Shown here piece after piece: positions 41,701-51,000 of a DNA stretch of 64,000 bases. Source of the DNA: a virus. Location of the stretch: IMG/VR virus record IMGVR_UViG_3300045988_108148; one strand, written 5' to 3'. Positions within the stretch are counted from its first letter, which is position 1. Each line of letters opens with the position of its first letter. The translations under genes were made by a program, and so were the position numbers. The notes beneath the pieces are model-generated. The model had not been told where the DNA came from, ran no database searches, and saw nothing but the letters and a program-made list of their open reading frames with translations.

Positions 41701-44700
41701 AACATGAATGACAATGTTATTAATGGTTTGGATGTTGAAAATGGTGAAACTGTTGCACCAATTTCTGGTTTATCTGATAACTCTTGGATAGAAAGTGGTC
41801 TTATATCAATGTTGAATAAGTCAATTGTTGATACTAACTTACCAGGTGGTATGTTTATTCAAATGTCTTCAATATTGTACAATAGAATTGCTGTAACTTC
41901 AGACGCACAAAATGAAAGAAAGCTAAGATTTGCAAACACTGATGGTACTATGGATTGTGTTATTTCAATTAACTTATTGAAACACATAATTCCTGATTAC
42001 GATAAAAAGACTTTCAGTGAAGCTAAAAAGTGGTTGATAGATCATGATATTGTTGGTCCGAATTCTAAAGCTCTTGCAATGGGTTATCGTATCCCTGCTC
42101 AAGGTCAAGCATCAACTGCAGCTCTTAAAGTGGTAGATTTGTATCCTGAACAAATTGGTGATACTATTACATTACCTGATGAATTTACATCTCTTACTGG
42201 TTCTGACTTCGATATTGATAAATTGTTCGTTGCTAGATATAACTATGATAAAAACGGTAATAGAATCAAATTTGAGACTAAAGAAGATTACACTAACAGA
42301 CTCAGAGAAGCTGGCTTAGATGATGAAACCATAGTTCGTAAAGTCTACGAAAGATATAATGGTAAAACTGATTTTGAAGCTAATTCAAAGGAAGCAAATG
42401 AAAATATGCTTCTTGATATGTATATATCAGTTATTTCTAACCCACTGAACTTTGCAGAAGCTAGACAACCACTAGATACAGTAACCGATTACTTAAAAGA
42501 TACTATTCTTAAAGAAGTAGATACAATAACTGGTCAAGGTAAACGTACAAGCAAATCCCAACTGTATTATGCCACTCCAGCATTCCAGAGTAGAACTAAG
42601 GCAGAGTTGAATGGTGGTAAATTTGGTATTGGTCCATTTGCATTAGCAAATGCTCATCAAGTTCTTACTCAATTGGTCAAATTAAGATTTAAACCAAATA
42701 AAATTTTAAGAGACTATGGTATAAGCAATTTGTATGGTATCCAGAGTAATGATAGAAATAAGATTAATATCCTTGACTGGTTATCAGCATTAATCAATGC
42801 TCATGTGGACGTTGCAAAAGATCCATACATCATTCGATTGAATGTAAGGAAGTTAACATTTAATATGACTAACTTCTTGATAAGATCTGGTAAAGGTGAA
42901 AGTACATTCTATTTCTTACCTCAACAAATATTAAAAGACTTTGCAATAGAATACGATAAATACTCTGGCTTTTATAATGTAGATACACAAAACAAAAATC
43001 CTGAAAGTCTAGCATATAGAACTATTTGGAATACATATTTTGAGAAAGCAAAATCTTTATCTAAAGGTAAATATGATCAGCTTTTAGACTTTTTGAATGA
43101 TAAAGGTGTAGGTGTTAAACAAAGAGAAAAGATGTTCGATGTCAATTACTTAAAGAAGCAATTGAAAAAAGAAGAAACATTTGATTGGTACTACAATCAG
43201 TTGCTCATTATGAAGACTTATCAAGAACTTAATCCGTTCTCAAGATCTTTGTCTGAATTAACTACATTGTCTCAAATTGATACTAAGCGCTTTGGTAATA
43301 ATTTTGGTTTACAAAGTGCATTCTTGGATAAATGGAAACAATTCATGGTAGAGCAACAAGTATTTGAAGATCCTATAAAGGTATTCTCAAATACATTCTT
43401 AGGTAAGAAAATGCAAGATGCATTAATATTCCCTAGAATTGCCTTCCAAAACACAATGATTAGACTTACTCCAGAATTTGAAAACTTAAGAACATTAATA
43501 GAATTCTATACTAAAGGTTATGCAATTAGTGATGATACATACATTAATAATATTACCAGAAGTATGGAAGCTACGTATAAAGCTGGTTTCTTTAATAAGT
43601 ATTTAGCTGAAAATGGAATAAAGCTCAGTAGTTTGTTAGGTGGTCCAAATAGTATCTCTAAGAGATTGGATAGAATTAAATCTGATGTAAGAAGTGGCAA
43701 ATATCCAGATTTATTAAGTAGTGATGGTTCATTTGAAAATGTACTTATTAATAACATCTTTAGTAGACCAAAGGAAGATACAACTGAATTAAATGGTCCT
43801 GATTTTATTGCTTACAAACCAAACAAGAGTGGTGATAATAACTTAGAAAATGAGATCATTAGAGCTTGGGAGGAATTGTGGGATAGTGATTATCAGGAAA
43901 TAAGAGATTTTGCAAAAGATCTTGCATTGTATGCTTTCTATACTTCTGGTGATGCATTTGGTAAGAATAATATCTTTAGATATGTACCTAATTCAATCAG
44001 AGAGGAAATAGGTTATTTTGATTACATTAGAGATTTAGAACGAAATCCTGATGATGCAGTTAAAGATATTAAAGTATTCCAAGTAATAAAAGACTTGTGG
44101 TGGAACGACCACGTAGTTCCTACTATTGATTATTACGTATTAGATTCTAGTAGAGAAACTATTGAAGAAGAAGGTAGACCTGTATACAGGGCGTTACCTC
44201 ACGAAGATAGTGGTTTTACTGTAGTAAACAAGAAAGGAGTAGAAGTACAAATTCCTGGCATCATATATGATAAAAAGTCTCAATCTATAATTTCATTCAA
44301 TCAAAATGGTCAACCTATATATCCACCATTTAAAAAAGTAAAATTAGATAGAAATAATGATCCTAGAACTACGTTCCTGTATGAGTACATAGGCATTAAT
44401 GAAGATGATGCCCCAGTGTACAGATTGATTAACAAGAAGGGAATGAGTTATAGAGGAAACATATTAATTGAGAGTGGTAGAAATAGATCTGTTCTTAAAT
44501 ACAACAATGTTGTACCAAAGGGTTATGAAATTATGCCAGAAGAACAAATAACTTGGGTTACTGATCTTACTCCGGTAAAAGCTAGCTTACAAGCAAAGGC
44601 ATTTAATCAAGCTGGTGAATTTAATACAGACATGCTTGCTAATATACAGCAAACGGTTAAAACTCAACAAGCAACTGAACCATTATCTTATCAAGAATGG

Positions 44701-47700
44701 GTTAAAGACTATCAAACTCAAAAAGGTGAAGCTGATGCAGAAGCGGCATATCAACAATATCTGGATAACTTTGAGTACAGTAGATCACAAGAAACACAAG
44801 ATATAAATAACTCTGCAAATACTGATAATGATCCTGCTAATTTTAATGATGCTTCATCAAGTAAAGCAATAATAAGTAGTAATGCAACAATTCTCACAAA
44901 CGAAGAATTAAGGAAACTTAAACCTTTTGTAGGGAATAACCCTAGAATTGGAGTAGCTTCTGAATATACTGATCCCGCATTCTTTAGTAAACAGATAATA
45001 AGGGTTTTAAATGGTGAAGAAGTGATATCAGATAAATTTGGTAGAACTTTTTCTGGAACGGATTTCAATGCTTTATATATAATTACAAAGCACGATGGTC
45101 TTCCAATTGAGAACTTGTTGAAACACAAAATACCTAAAATAATTCATTTTAGTATAACTGGATTGGGTGGTACAAAATATGAGCCAGGAGTAATGAAACC
45201 TAATGATTTACTTGATAGAATTCAAGCTATGTTAAAATTAGGACTTGACCCAGAATCTGTTACAATACGAATAGATCCTATAGTTCCTGGTGTAACTTCC
45301 ACAAAAATGATAGAGAATATTGTAAAGCGTGCTTCAGAAATGGGCATTAAAACAATACGTTTCTCTATAATGGATCAATACAAGACTACCAAAAAGTACA
45401 TGGAGGAATTAGGATACGATTATTCTAAGTTCTATGATGGTGTATCTATGCACGCTAGAGATGACGTACGTGAACAAATAGAGACATTTATGGACTCTCT
45501 TATAGATAAATATGGAGTTACGATGTCTACTTGTGCAGAACCTCTTTCATCGAATAGTAGAATTAAACGTGATGCATGTTTGTCCGTAAATGCTGTAAAC
45601 AACATGTTAGGCACAAATGTACCTCAATCTGCTGGTACAGGTAAACGAAAACTATGTTCTTGTTTTGGTGGTAAAACTGACTTATTGAAATATGATAATG
45701 TGTGTGCATCTAGCTGTGCTTACTGTTATGCTCATCATAATAATGATAACATTCTTAAATATTATAATGAAGATGGTTCATTAAAAGATATACCTCTTAC
45801 CAGAGTGTCTAAAATTGATGAACAGTCTCCAGTACAACTAAATGCATCTGAACAACCCACTACACCTGCAGTAGAACAACCAGCAATTACTGACACTACT
45901 AAAGGATTTTCTCTAGAACCGTTTATAAATAAAATATTTCCAGATTGGAAATCAAAACTTCCAAATTTGCCAGAGGAATTAGCTGCTGAATTCATGTCAT
46001 GGAGTATTGTACCTGGGATAGATGAGTGGTCAATAAAAGATAGAATTGAGAAATATAAAGATTTTGAAATCGAAGAAGAAACACGGGAAGCAATAAAACG
46101 TGGGGATAAAGAAGGAATTGTTCAAGGTATTGCAAACACAATTTCTTATGAATTGGCTAAGGATGGAATCACAGAAAGAGATCTATTTATAAATTTATTT
46201 GGTCAAAGTTATGTAGATAAGGTAGACAGATATGTTGCTGAAATCAAAGCCGAAGTTCAGAAAGAAAAAGATACTACTAAGGAATTCTTAGATTATGCTA
46301 ATCAATTTGGTTTTACTGATGAAGCTGCTTCACTTGCAAAAGACTTACCAAAAGCAGTTGAAGAAGCTAAGAAAGTAGAAGAAGAGTACGTATTTACATT
46401 TAATGATGGGTTTAAGATCAATTTACCATTCTCATTAAATGATCAACAGAAATCAGCTCTATATGAATTAGAGAAGTTTATTGAAGATGGTGGAACTGAA
46501 ATTACTTTATCTGGTTATGCTGGTACAGGTAAATCTACTATCATTGGTATATTTAGTAAGTGGTTGAATAATAGAATTGGTAGAGGCAACATTGTATATA
46601 CTGCTCCTACTCATAGAGCAAATGTTATAACTAAACAAAATAATCTTAATGCTAATGTATATACGCTTTCTGCTCTATTTGGGTTTACTCCAGATACAGA
46701 TATAGCAATGGAACAAGGTTCATTGGATTTAAGAGAACTGGAGTTTAGAGCCAAGAATCAAATGAAATACGAACCAGGTCAATTAATTATCATTGATGAA
46801 GCTTCAATGGTACAAGATGGCTTGTATGAATATATTCAAGAAATTGTAGCTAAACATAACGGTAGTGTAATATATGTTGGGGATTCTGCACAATTGAGAC
46901 CTGTAAAATCAGATCATATTTCTAAAGTGTTTACATCTGATGGAGTACCTCAAATAACTTTAACCAAAGTAGAAAGAACTGGTGATAATCCTATTTTAAA
47001 AGAAGCCACCAGACTTAGACGAGGTGAAGGATTGAGTTACCAAACTGATATAAATGATAAAGGTCAAGGAGTATTGTACACTTCGGATGATGCAATTATA
47101 GATAAAAACCTGAAACAGATTGTTACTTCTGAAGAGTTCAATGCTGATCCTTTACATTTTAGAGTATTGACTGCTACAAATGCTGCAGCATCTACATATA
47201 ATTCAAAGATTAGATCTTTGAGATATGGAAAATTTGCTAAACCATTTGTAAAAGGTGATATTATAATGGGGTATTCAAACAAACTCAGAAAACCCGATGG
47301 ATCTTATAGATTAATAAACTCTGGAGATTATATAGTTCAAAGTGTAAAGGATACCAACATTAAATTCAAAACCGATAAAGGGGATATAGAATTTAAAGCA
47401 TTCAATTTATCAATTAGACCGACTGGTGGTACTATTATGGATGACTTTCAACTTACTGTAATTGACAAAAATGAACCAGATTCTAAGCTATTTGAAGTAG
47501 TAGAATATAAAGATAGATTGTGGAAAATGGCTAAAGAAGCTAAACAAAATGGGCAAATATCTAAATATAGAGATTTAGTTCAAATGGCGTACAATGTTGA
47601 CAATGAACTGAATATTACCAAGAATTTGGAAGATAACCAAGGCAGGTTAAAAATTAGAAAAGCAATTGATTATGGATATGCACAAACTGTTTGGAAATCA

Positions 47701-48015
47701 CAAGGTAGTACGTACAGTAAAGTTTTAATACTCTCCAATGAAATTGATACGTTTGGTTATGGTAAAGATGTAATGCAATTAAGAAATGAGTTGAGATATG
47801 TAGCTGTGTCACGTGCTAAAAACTTTGTTATAATAAATTCAGAAGCAGAGAATAAGAAGAAAGTTTCTATGCGAAATGAAATAGCCGAAGAAGATTTATT
47901 AGACGATATAGAATTTGAACCAGCTACAGAAGAACAAGCAATAAATGCATCTTTGCAGGATTCAATTGATGAGTTAACAGCAAATGGTAAACAACGTAGA
48001 AAAGAATGTGAATAA
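32746..48015 (+). CDS. Giant multidomain virion protein with crAss-type virion RNA polymerase motif, zincin HExxH, DUF1848-like Cys-cluster domain and C-terminal SF1 helicase
   Basis: 5089-aa uninterrupted ORF. GSDFDIDKLF has DFDID at 42205..42219. LYHEAFHRV has HEAFH at 37738..37752. The DUF1848-like region PRIGVASEYTDPAFF...SITGLGG..YEPGV...RIDPIVPG...CSCFGG...CASSCAYCYA spans 44941..45745. Walker A GYAGTGKST is at 46513..46539, with IIIDEASMV, VGDSAQLRPV, QGSTYSKVLIL and YVAVSRAK. A Gly/Ala-rich hydrophobic zone spans 33460..33680. Confidence 0.8.
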   Translation: METSILDKYNAGLIPSKTNATTAAIRQVNAQHSPLTKIKTGYDRELEQTPIDDYEEMYLLDKENPEETLKDKSYLKDAWTTFMNSRDQINLMSERAKLAKDINPVLDDIDYELNFLSDKQKLKNLENTIPTLDENSEEYKNAISEYFQLQRTLADRQEQYDSILSKYGEKEGDNIDARIEYLSNSRKSWEEERSKVNEEINNIYSNLRERSENYTPSSEFRIKEQRAQDKPWYSPDYFLYAGPGLTGSSMATVNGYIADALATGALWLGRHYATTGALNAVPGIGAASNLIGWGSAIAATAASVAGNIYSRHRESLAQVYGAYRSRIEDSLKEQGIDIKQYAEIGRNQLKQQDPNIDVSKISDDEIIDRVISGEININDATLANAKRSLKDGLERVYDNNMALSAMDVAQSALVFAPLGKAMGKIITAPIKTALNPLLKTGTKLSEAAASKYNKLIDAYTGFNARLAYNSPVKNASLQAAKALGRLGFSATGEAFEEANQDIFDYDYISGKYDKKSSSVFQSLMGLADANYRTAKILSGIDTESELANDPQFWNDVKGGFALGLYMGGPTIAYHSGLKTYKDMTANSFVRDVVADHIGKKDAMIKAMSYSEMANKKLNYQQNVLDVLENYKYNLPEGITEQDLNDEIATANNIFSLSKSKVNQNIGKTIGYNPGTTEYNTLIGLQHLATIDAQEALDNANQAQEADNAFYTTLENDQMLNHYSPEEKLTAVALTKLNIQKQALEQLKTALESKPEENQQKFGITNESNAVGKSISKEIPNILKDIDAKLNQLSEGTRFSSNFIATPNLVNKGIDSYVNTMIANHDLLVAEHKMNEIFGNTLEDGKLINFNNASNESKKNIGKKIKERIDNYINNSDEASKIVEENAKDVVEAESAKEMSREAANQSDDQQPITNNETQVDNQVATEVEQEKATSPKTPIMDDRATSDIDTKIPVVEKEIKEDEEFPTKGLEELSKEFEETLAKVKEKKQEDTERKPKPEPKPVVETQEDEEDEIEFERADEKALIDLANSEAVSDEDDKKVSETYETSNPEVTEESQVKWARKKIATESKMNRRADMDSETRDLDESLEIEEMVQDKVSHTLFFNPDATTPIYPGTKPGKELAERIKDPNFFNDSFCEFVINKDYTEKGHKPYKENDPSTYDSASIIMLIHHGTGDYAMALKTPSGARTFLAAKLASIPKERLTEEDINLINNANDLSIADLRRFRNAVISTIESATNDEAVVPSTIVRTKGIPNVVRKDGRAVFRPIHEVKGLQIPTEITEITPENVTFGISDGIVKDSDIIGANGEMLPGKGGSGQLFIYPPKSSTLSNQMLPLQLTLQRFDRKQAEFLADLLINYGTNTNSEYRDTGVIAGELIDFMVRFGDATKVTTADKTFDWLKEKQLYIDDKSNLIVGEKTFNIGNLSTQDKKDIVEALMGFHWRVARKNFFSPIKEALPSVYDYFNNNSVDLLDIIPGISLTKDDFISSTPVYTMGVLEKAGIIRSDLDDQLFKDSFAYAEDVQKIPRKINNPEVKEAVENKASSLPNIPSTPEPQTEVTEDVTTSEVTTQDDSYIKEITNDGEIDPLSLGIDEDFDVPFRKVAGNISEVVTPEEIQWFRNKLGLPEDSLHIVEDAIALGGNEYAMGLVRKDSTILWKGAERGTLYHEAFHRVSLLTISPKERKKIYEFYRNRTGFVGSDKQVEEALAEDFRQYMLNKVDPELNLLKRAWKAIKNFISKWVWRTDTSIDNIFNRIDSGYYNRSKQDSAAVNEFLAAYKGAGAPFKIRNHKFKNITNTQFKETVNSLVGALFTLNNIRLRDDLQNLNYGVLKAALKPEITAKLVEKGTITKEQGEVRNEIYNTFDTVFKPEIINKLNEYQIRAVDKQENIDAEIDEKAVGNDVGDQMANYIQEQLAVSVKDNALASIKIFIATMPRTEFVMKQKTNPDGTVTQVQGVAAIKSPVTGLPLMVDFDKSWNTIINEIHSENTFKGMMDKSAKLAKVTPLFKTLYNELYKITNEYVQKKGIQEDEVQKIARENLQTQFRNTFRKARHKLVGILSEKVEDENGNEQTNLYVKDENANKVSKNILEGWNYNLITNSGVLDTSDNLFKAKVSESEEFVAREINNEFNKIIKIVEKYKTTPNKKLVNGQTYKEYVPEKLITIKNKIVDLLNKVGVEIDLESLNSFLTKEYYNSDSTESLVSMLSDRSNKGIYFFFNSKVKDLAKIQESGVVPGQYNRSITKYYDDSKFLGRLAETYAMLHPSSDELSVLSTDGKLLYPISEHNYLSDMVQRLDNDPATVEALTKVLYNTGNNTNPNYFKGSVLLTNLYNNADAKGKIGFETLVYFKEQGSADKGRKYTEISPLEDYIAKMTFTRAGRIILPTMGDSQTYNTLYGTAINNFKNPFDVSNGEIKFDAQILKRFINYFETELDTIEFNYKNENNLTEEQKVKNYDTGNRNGYRFRYFNGFFKLKERPTLNGIEFEKDFSNFNEALDLAEDLGGNEYGTSIISQIRNNWNKFSNAEKANLMNNYLWDAFKDELNYAQELGIIKWDGNKIASVTSLALPQKALEEASSHYKKSATVSNYSENLGAAEMIGNYFANTISSVIEFEKLFIKDPAYYKNPVDKIKRLREVLSTGVTPRIDYEEGNTMADLTEVNVGTLSDNVIVSRQADQIAEYAKRSAAIRLLQEMHNMTLDEAIRTYDSSEALPQDVEDAANLIVRDKFNGYLNPKGKVNQTDATVLISPEFYKELVRRVDGWTPQVAKAFDLLNDPNADLEADMDTYAEALAVTLKPLKFMYFGDHYDVGAKRDIPIFDKMAMFPVHRIFSTGDMGKVLEVMQSRNIHMLAFDSAVKVGQRAKEVKSRIYKDKTNKEIDMDSLMSMPTHKQSLANFRRQLITDPHHAERQMFVSQAQKAAMGNIRSAWKYTTPDGKVYNGDELINNFNGAHNAITEAGRREIERDFGITPDKPQVSVQRFAEIMQRKALSSNMNDNVINGLDVENGETVAPISGLSDNSWIESGLISMLNKSIVDTNLPGGMFIQMSSILYNRIAVTSDAQNERKLRFANTDGTMDCVISINLLKHIIPDYDKKTFSEAKKWLIDHDIVGPNSKALAMGYRIPAQGQASTAALKVVDLYPEQIGDTITLPDEFTSLTGSDFDIDKLFVARYNYDKNGNRIKFETKEDYTNRLREAGLDDETIVRKVYERYNGKTDFEANSKEANENMLLDMYISVISNPLNFAEARQPLDTVTDYLKDTILKEVDTITGQGKRTSKSQLYYATPAFQSRTKAELNGGKFGIGPFALANAHQVLTQLVKLRFKPNKILRDYGISNLYGIQSNDRNKINILDWLSALINAHVDVAKDPYIIRLNVRKLTFNMTNFLIRSGKGESTFYFLPQQILKDFAIEYDKYSGFYNVDTQNKNPESLAYRTIWNTYFEKAKSLSKGKYDQLLDFLNDKGVGVKQREKMFDVNYLKKQLKKEETFDWYYNQLLIMKTYQELNPFSRSLSELTTLSQIDTKRFGNNFGLQSAFLDKWKQFMVEQQVFEDPIKVFSNTFLGKKMQDALIFPRIAFQNTMIRLTPEFENLRTLIEFYTKGYAISDDTYINNITRSMEATYKAGFFNKYLAENGIKLSSLLGGPNSISKRLDRIKSDVRSGKYPDLLSSDGSFENVLINNIFSRPKEDTTELNGPDFIAYKPNKSGDNNLENEIIRAWEELWDSDYQEIRDFAKDLALYAFYTSGDAFGKNNIFRYVPNSIREEIGYFDYIRDLERNPDDAVKDIKVFQVIKDLWWNDHVVPTIDYYVLDSSRETIEEEGRPVYRALPHEDSGFTVVNKKGVEVQIPGIIYDKKSQSIISFNQNGQPIYPPFKKVKLDRNNDPRTTFLYEYIGINEDDAPVYRLINKKGMSYRGNILIESGRNRSVLKYNNVVPKGYEIMPEEQITWVTDLTPVKASLQAKAFNQAGEFNTDMLANIQQTVKTQQATEPLSYQEWVKDYQTQKGEADAEAAYQQYLDNFEYSRSQETQDINNSANTDNDPANFNDASSSKAIISSNATILTNEELRKLKPFVGNNPRIGVASEYTDPAFFSKQIIRVLNGEEVISDKFGRTFSGTDFNALYIITKHDGLPIENLLKHKIPKIIHFSITGLGGTKYEPGVMKPNDLLDRIQAMLKLGLDPESVTIRIDPIVPGVTSTKMIENIVKRASEMGIKTIRFSIMDQYKTTKKYMEELGYDYSKFYDGVSMHARDDVREQIETFMDSLIDKYGVTMSTCAEPLSSNSRIKRDACLSVNAVNNMLGTNVPQSAGTGKRKLCSCFGGKTDLLKYDNVCASSCAYCYAHHNNDNILKYYNEDGSLKDIPLTRVSKIDEQSPVQLNASEQPTTPAVEQPAITDTTKGFSLEPFINKIFPDWKSKLPNLPEELAAEFMSWSIVPGIDEWSIKDRIEKYKDFEIEEETREAIKRGDKEGIVQGIANTISYELAKDGITERDLFINLFGQSYVDKVDRYVAEIKAEVQKEKDTTKEFLDYANQFGFTDEAASLAKDLPKAVEEAKKVEEEYVFTFNDGFKINLPFSLNDQQKSALYELEKFIEDGGTEITLSGYAGTGKSTIIGIFSKWLNNRIGRGNIVYTAPTHRANVITKQNNLNANVYTLSALFGFTPDTDIAMEQGSLDLRELEFRAKNQMKYEPGQLIIIDEASMVQDGLYEYIQEIVAKHNGSVIYVGDSAQLRPVKSDHISKVFTSDGVPQITLTKVERTGDNPILKEATRLRRGEGLSYQTDINDKGQGVLYTSDDAIIDKNLKQIVTSEEFNADPLHFRVLTATNAAASTYNSKIRSLRYGKFAKPFVKGDIIMGYSNKLRKPDGSYRLINSGDYIVQSVKDTNIKFKTDKGDIEFKAFNLSIRPTGGTIMDDFQLTVIDKNEPDSKLFEVVEYKDRLWKMAKEAKQNGQISKYRDLVQMAYNVDNELNITKNLEDNQGRLKIRKAIDYGYAQTVWKSQGSTYSKVLILSNEIDTFGYGKDVMQLRNELRYVAVSRAKNFVIINSEAENKKKVSMRNEIAEEDLLDDIEFEPATEEQAINASLQDSIDELTANGKQRRKECE

Positions 48016-48017
48016 TT

Positions 48018-51000
48018 ATGCAGTGTTTAAATGTTAAAAATAAAGAGGTTGCAGCTTTACTAAAGCAATATACAAAGATATTGGGTAATGAAAATGCTGC
48101 ATATTATGTGTTATCAGAAAACAATGGTTATGGTTTAGATAAGGCTCCCAATGGGGAGCCATCTAAGCTATTTTCAGATTTAGTTAATCATTTTAATGGT
48201 AATAAGAAAGAAGCTATACGAACAAAGTCATTAATATATTCTGCACAATTTAGACAGATAAGAAACATTGTATTAAATAATGATGGAGAAGTATCTATAG
48301 ATGTGTTATTAAATAATTCAGATAAAATAAATAACCCATCATACGTTCCAAAAAAAATACATGAAACGTATAATAAACTTATTCAAGCTTTGTCAAGGCG
48401 AATAAAAGATATTCAATATGCAAAATATAGTGACAGTAAGAAAGTAGATGAACTAAGAGCATTGGAATTTAAATTAAATCAATTGGAAAACGATCAAGCT
48501 ACTTTTGAATTTGTAGATTATATGGCAAGTGACGTAATATCCGCATTAAATGAAGTAAAGGCTTTACAAACCAAAGTAAATGAAAACCAAAAGTACAATA
48601 ACCCGCTAGATCTAACTTCTGCAGAATTAGATATGATAAAGAAAGGTTATATTGGCTTTTATGGTAACATTGCTACTAATATCCAGAACATGTTGGATGA
48701 TGAATCTACGTTTGACTATTTAAATGATCCTCAATTAGTTGAGGATACAAAACAAAACTTAAAAAGGACTGTAGGTGACTACTATGAATTAGTAAGAAAC
48801 TATAACAATTTAGCAGACATTGTTGCTAAAGATAATTTTATTAGAGAAGCAACTAAAGCCGGTTCATTTACTATAGATCATCTTAAAAAAATATTAGATG
48901 AAGGTGATGTGGATATAAATCTATGGGATCAGTGGGCAGGTAATACACAATATTCTAATAGTGAGTTAGTACGTATAATTCTTAACAAGATAGTTAATAC
49001 TAAAAATAATGTTGCTGAAAAAGAACTAGAAGTAGGTAAAGAGCTTGTAGAAATACTATCACATGTAAATAAATCTAAGTTAGCTTATATGCATGAAAAA
49101 AATAAAGATGGTCATAAAACAGGCTTTATAACAAGAGACTTAAATTACGGTCAACACTATCAAGATTACTTGGAACATCAAAAAAAGTTAGCCGAAAAGT
49201 TAGGATTTGGAGATAAGGATATTGCTGAAGTACCTAGTTTATTGAATCCAGAGCAACTAAAGAAATGGAATAAAGCAAATAATGATTGGGAAGCTAAGCA
49301 TACAATTCGTAAGTTTACTCCAGAGTATTACGAGCTAACTAACAGTCTTAGTGAAGAAGCAAGATCTCGTAGAGATTCCATAAATATGGAAATAAACCTA
49401 TTGTTAAGTACTACCGTTGATAAGAACGGAGATTACCACAGAGAAGATTTATCCGATGAAGATTATCTAAAATTACAAGAGTTAGAAACTAGACGTAGAA
49501 ATTTAGCTAATCCATATTATCCAGATGGTTCAGTAAAAGTTGGATTAGATAAAGAAATAGCAATAGAAATGAGAGAGTATAATGAAAAATTAAGAGAGAA
49601 ATTACATTATACTCCAAATATGGAAAAATTTAACAAAGCTCTACAAAATGCAAAAAAGAACTTAAGTCCAGAAAAATTTGCTAAGTGGGAACAACGCAAT
49701 ACAGTTGATCAAATAATTGAAGAATTCTGGGACGATATTAAAACTCTTTCATCAAACGCAAATAAATCTGATGATCAAACACTATATGAAACGGCTAGAA
49801 AGAACATGTTAAGACTTTACACCAGAGAAGATGGTAAAGTAGATGTTGATAGCATGCCTGACCAAGTAAAGTCGTGGATTAATACTTATGATGAATTGAT
49901 TTCTGAGGAAAGTTTGAAAACTCGTGATAAATCAAAGAAATCCAAAGTAATGGACATAGCTGAATGGGAAGTAAACCCTAGATTCTATGAAGAATTAGAA
50001 AGAGTTGAAAAATTAGGTCAAGCTGAATATAATGCGTGGGTTTCTATAAATGCTAGATATGACTATGAAGGAAATCTTGTACCAGCTTCCTTTTGGAAGA
50101 AATTAGTTCCGAAGAAAGAGTTAAGATCTAAATACATGCGCAAAGTACCTAACAGATCCTGGTCTGAAATCGATAAAGAATCACCTTTCTACGATAAAAG
50201 ATTTACTAAATATGCAGATCGTGGAGAAACAAGAATTCCAAATCCTGAATTGTATGACAACAGTGCAAATTATCGTAAAATAACTTCTGATTCAAACTTA
50301 AAGAAGCTTTATGATAAACTTGTTGATGTAATGGAATTATCAAATTCTAAGATTCAATTCTTAAAGTATGAAAACAAATATAGACTACCACAAATAGAAG
50401 GTGGGGCATGGACACAAATCCGAAGTAAGGACAATATTTTAAAGGGGTTAGCGTATGCAATAGAAGATACTTACACTGTAAAGGATGATGATACTGCATA
50501 TATGTTGGAAAATGCTAAACGATCAGATGGGTCACTTGTTAAACTTATACCTACTAGGTATATTAAGATGTTATCAAATCCAGACGCTTTAACAAACGAT
50601 ATAGTAGGATCTGTCATTGCTTATTACAAAATGGCAGAAAATTATGAACAAATGAGTGAAATTGCCCCAGAATTAGAAGTAGCTCTTGATTTTGTTAGTC
50701 GTACAGATTTTACCGATAAGAAGGGTGGTAGAATACAAGGTTTGGAAAGTAAGACATATGATAAATTAAAATCTGTACTAGATCAATTGGTATATGGTAT
50801 GGAAAAGAATGCATTAGAATTAGATGTTCCTTTACCAAAAGGCAAACATGTGACAGTAAGTGTTGGTAAGTTAGCTGCTAATTTAGCTGCATACACTAGA
50901 ATACAAGGCATAGCTCAAAATATGAATGTGATTCTTACTGGTCTTATTACAAACAAAATACAAAATAGACTCGAAGCAATCTCTGGTATATACTTTGGAA

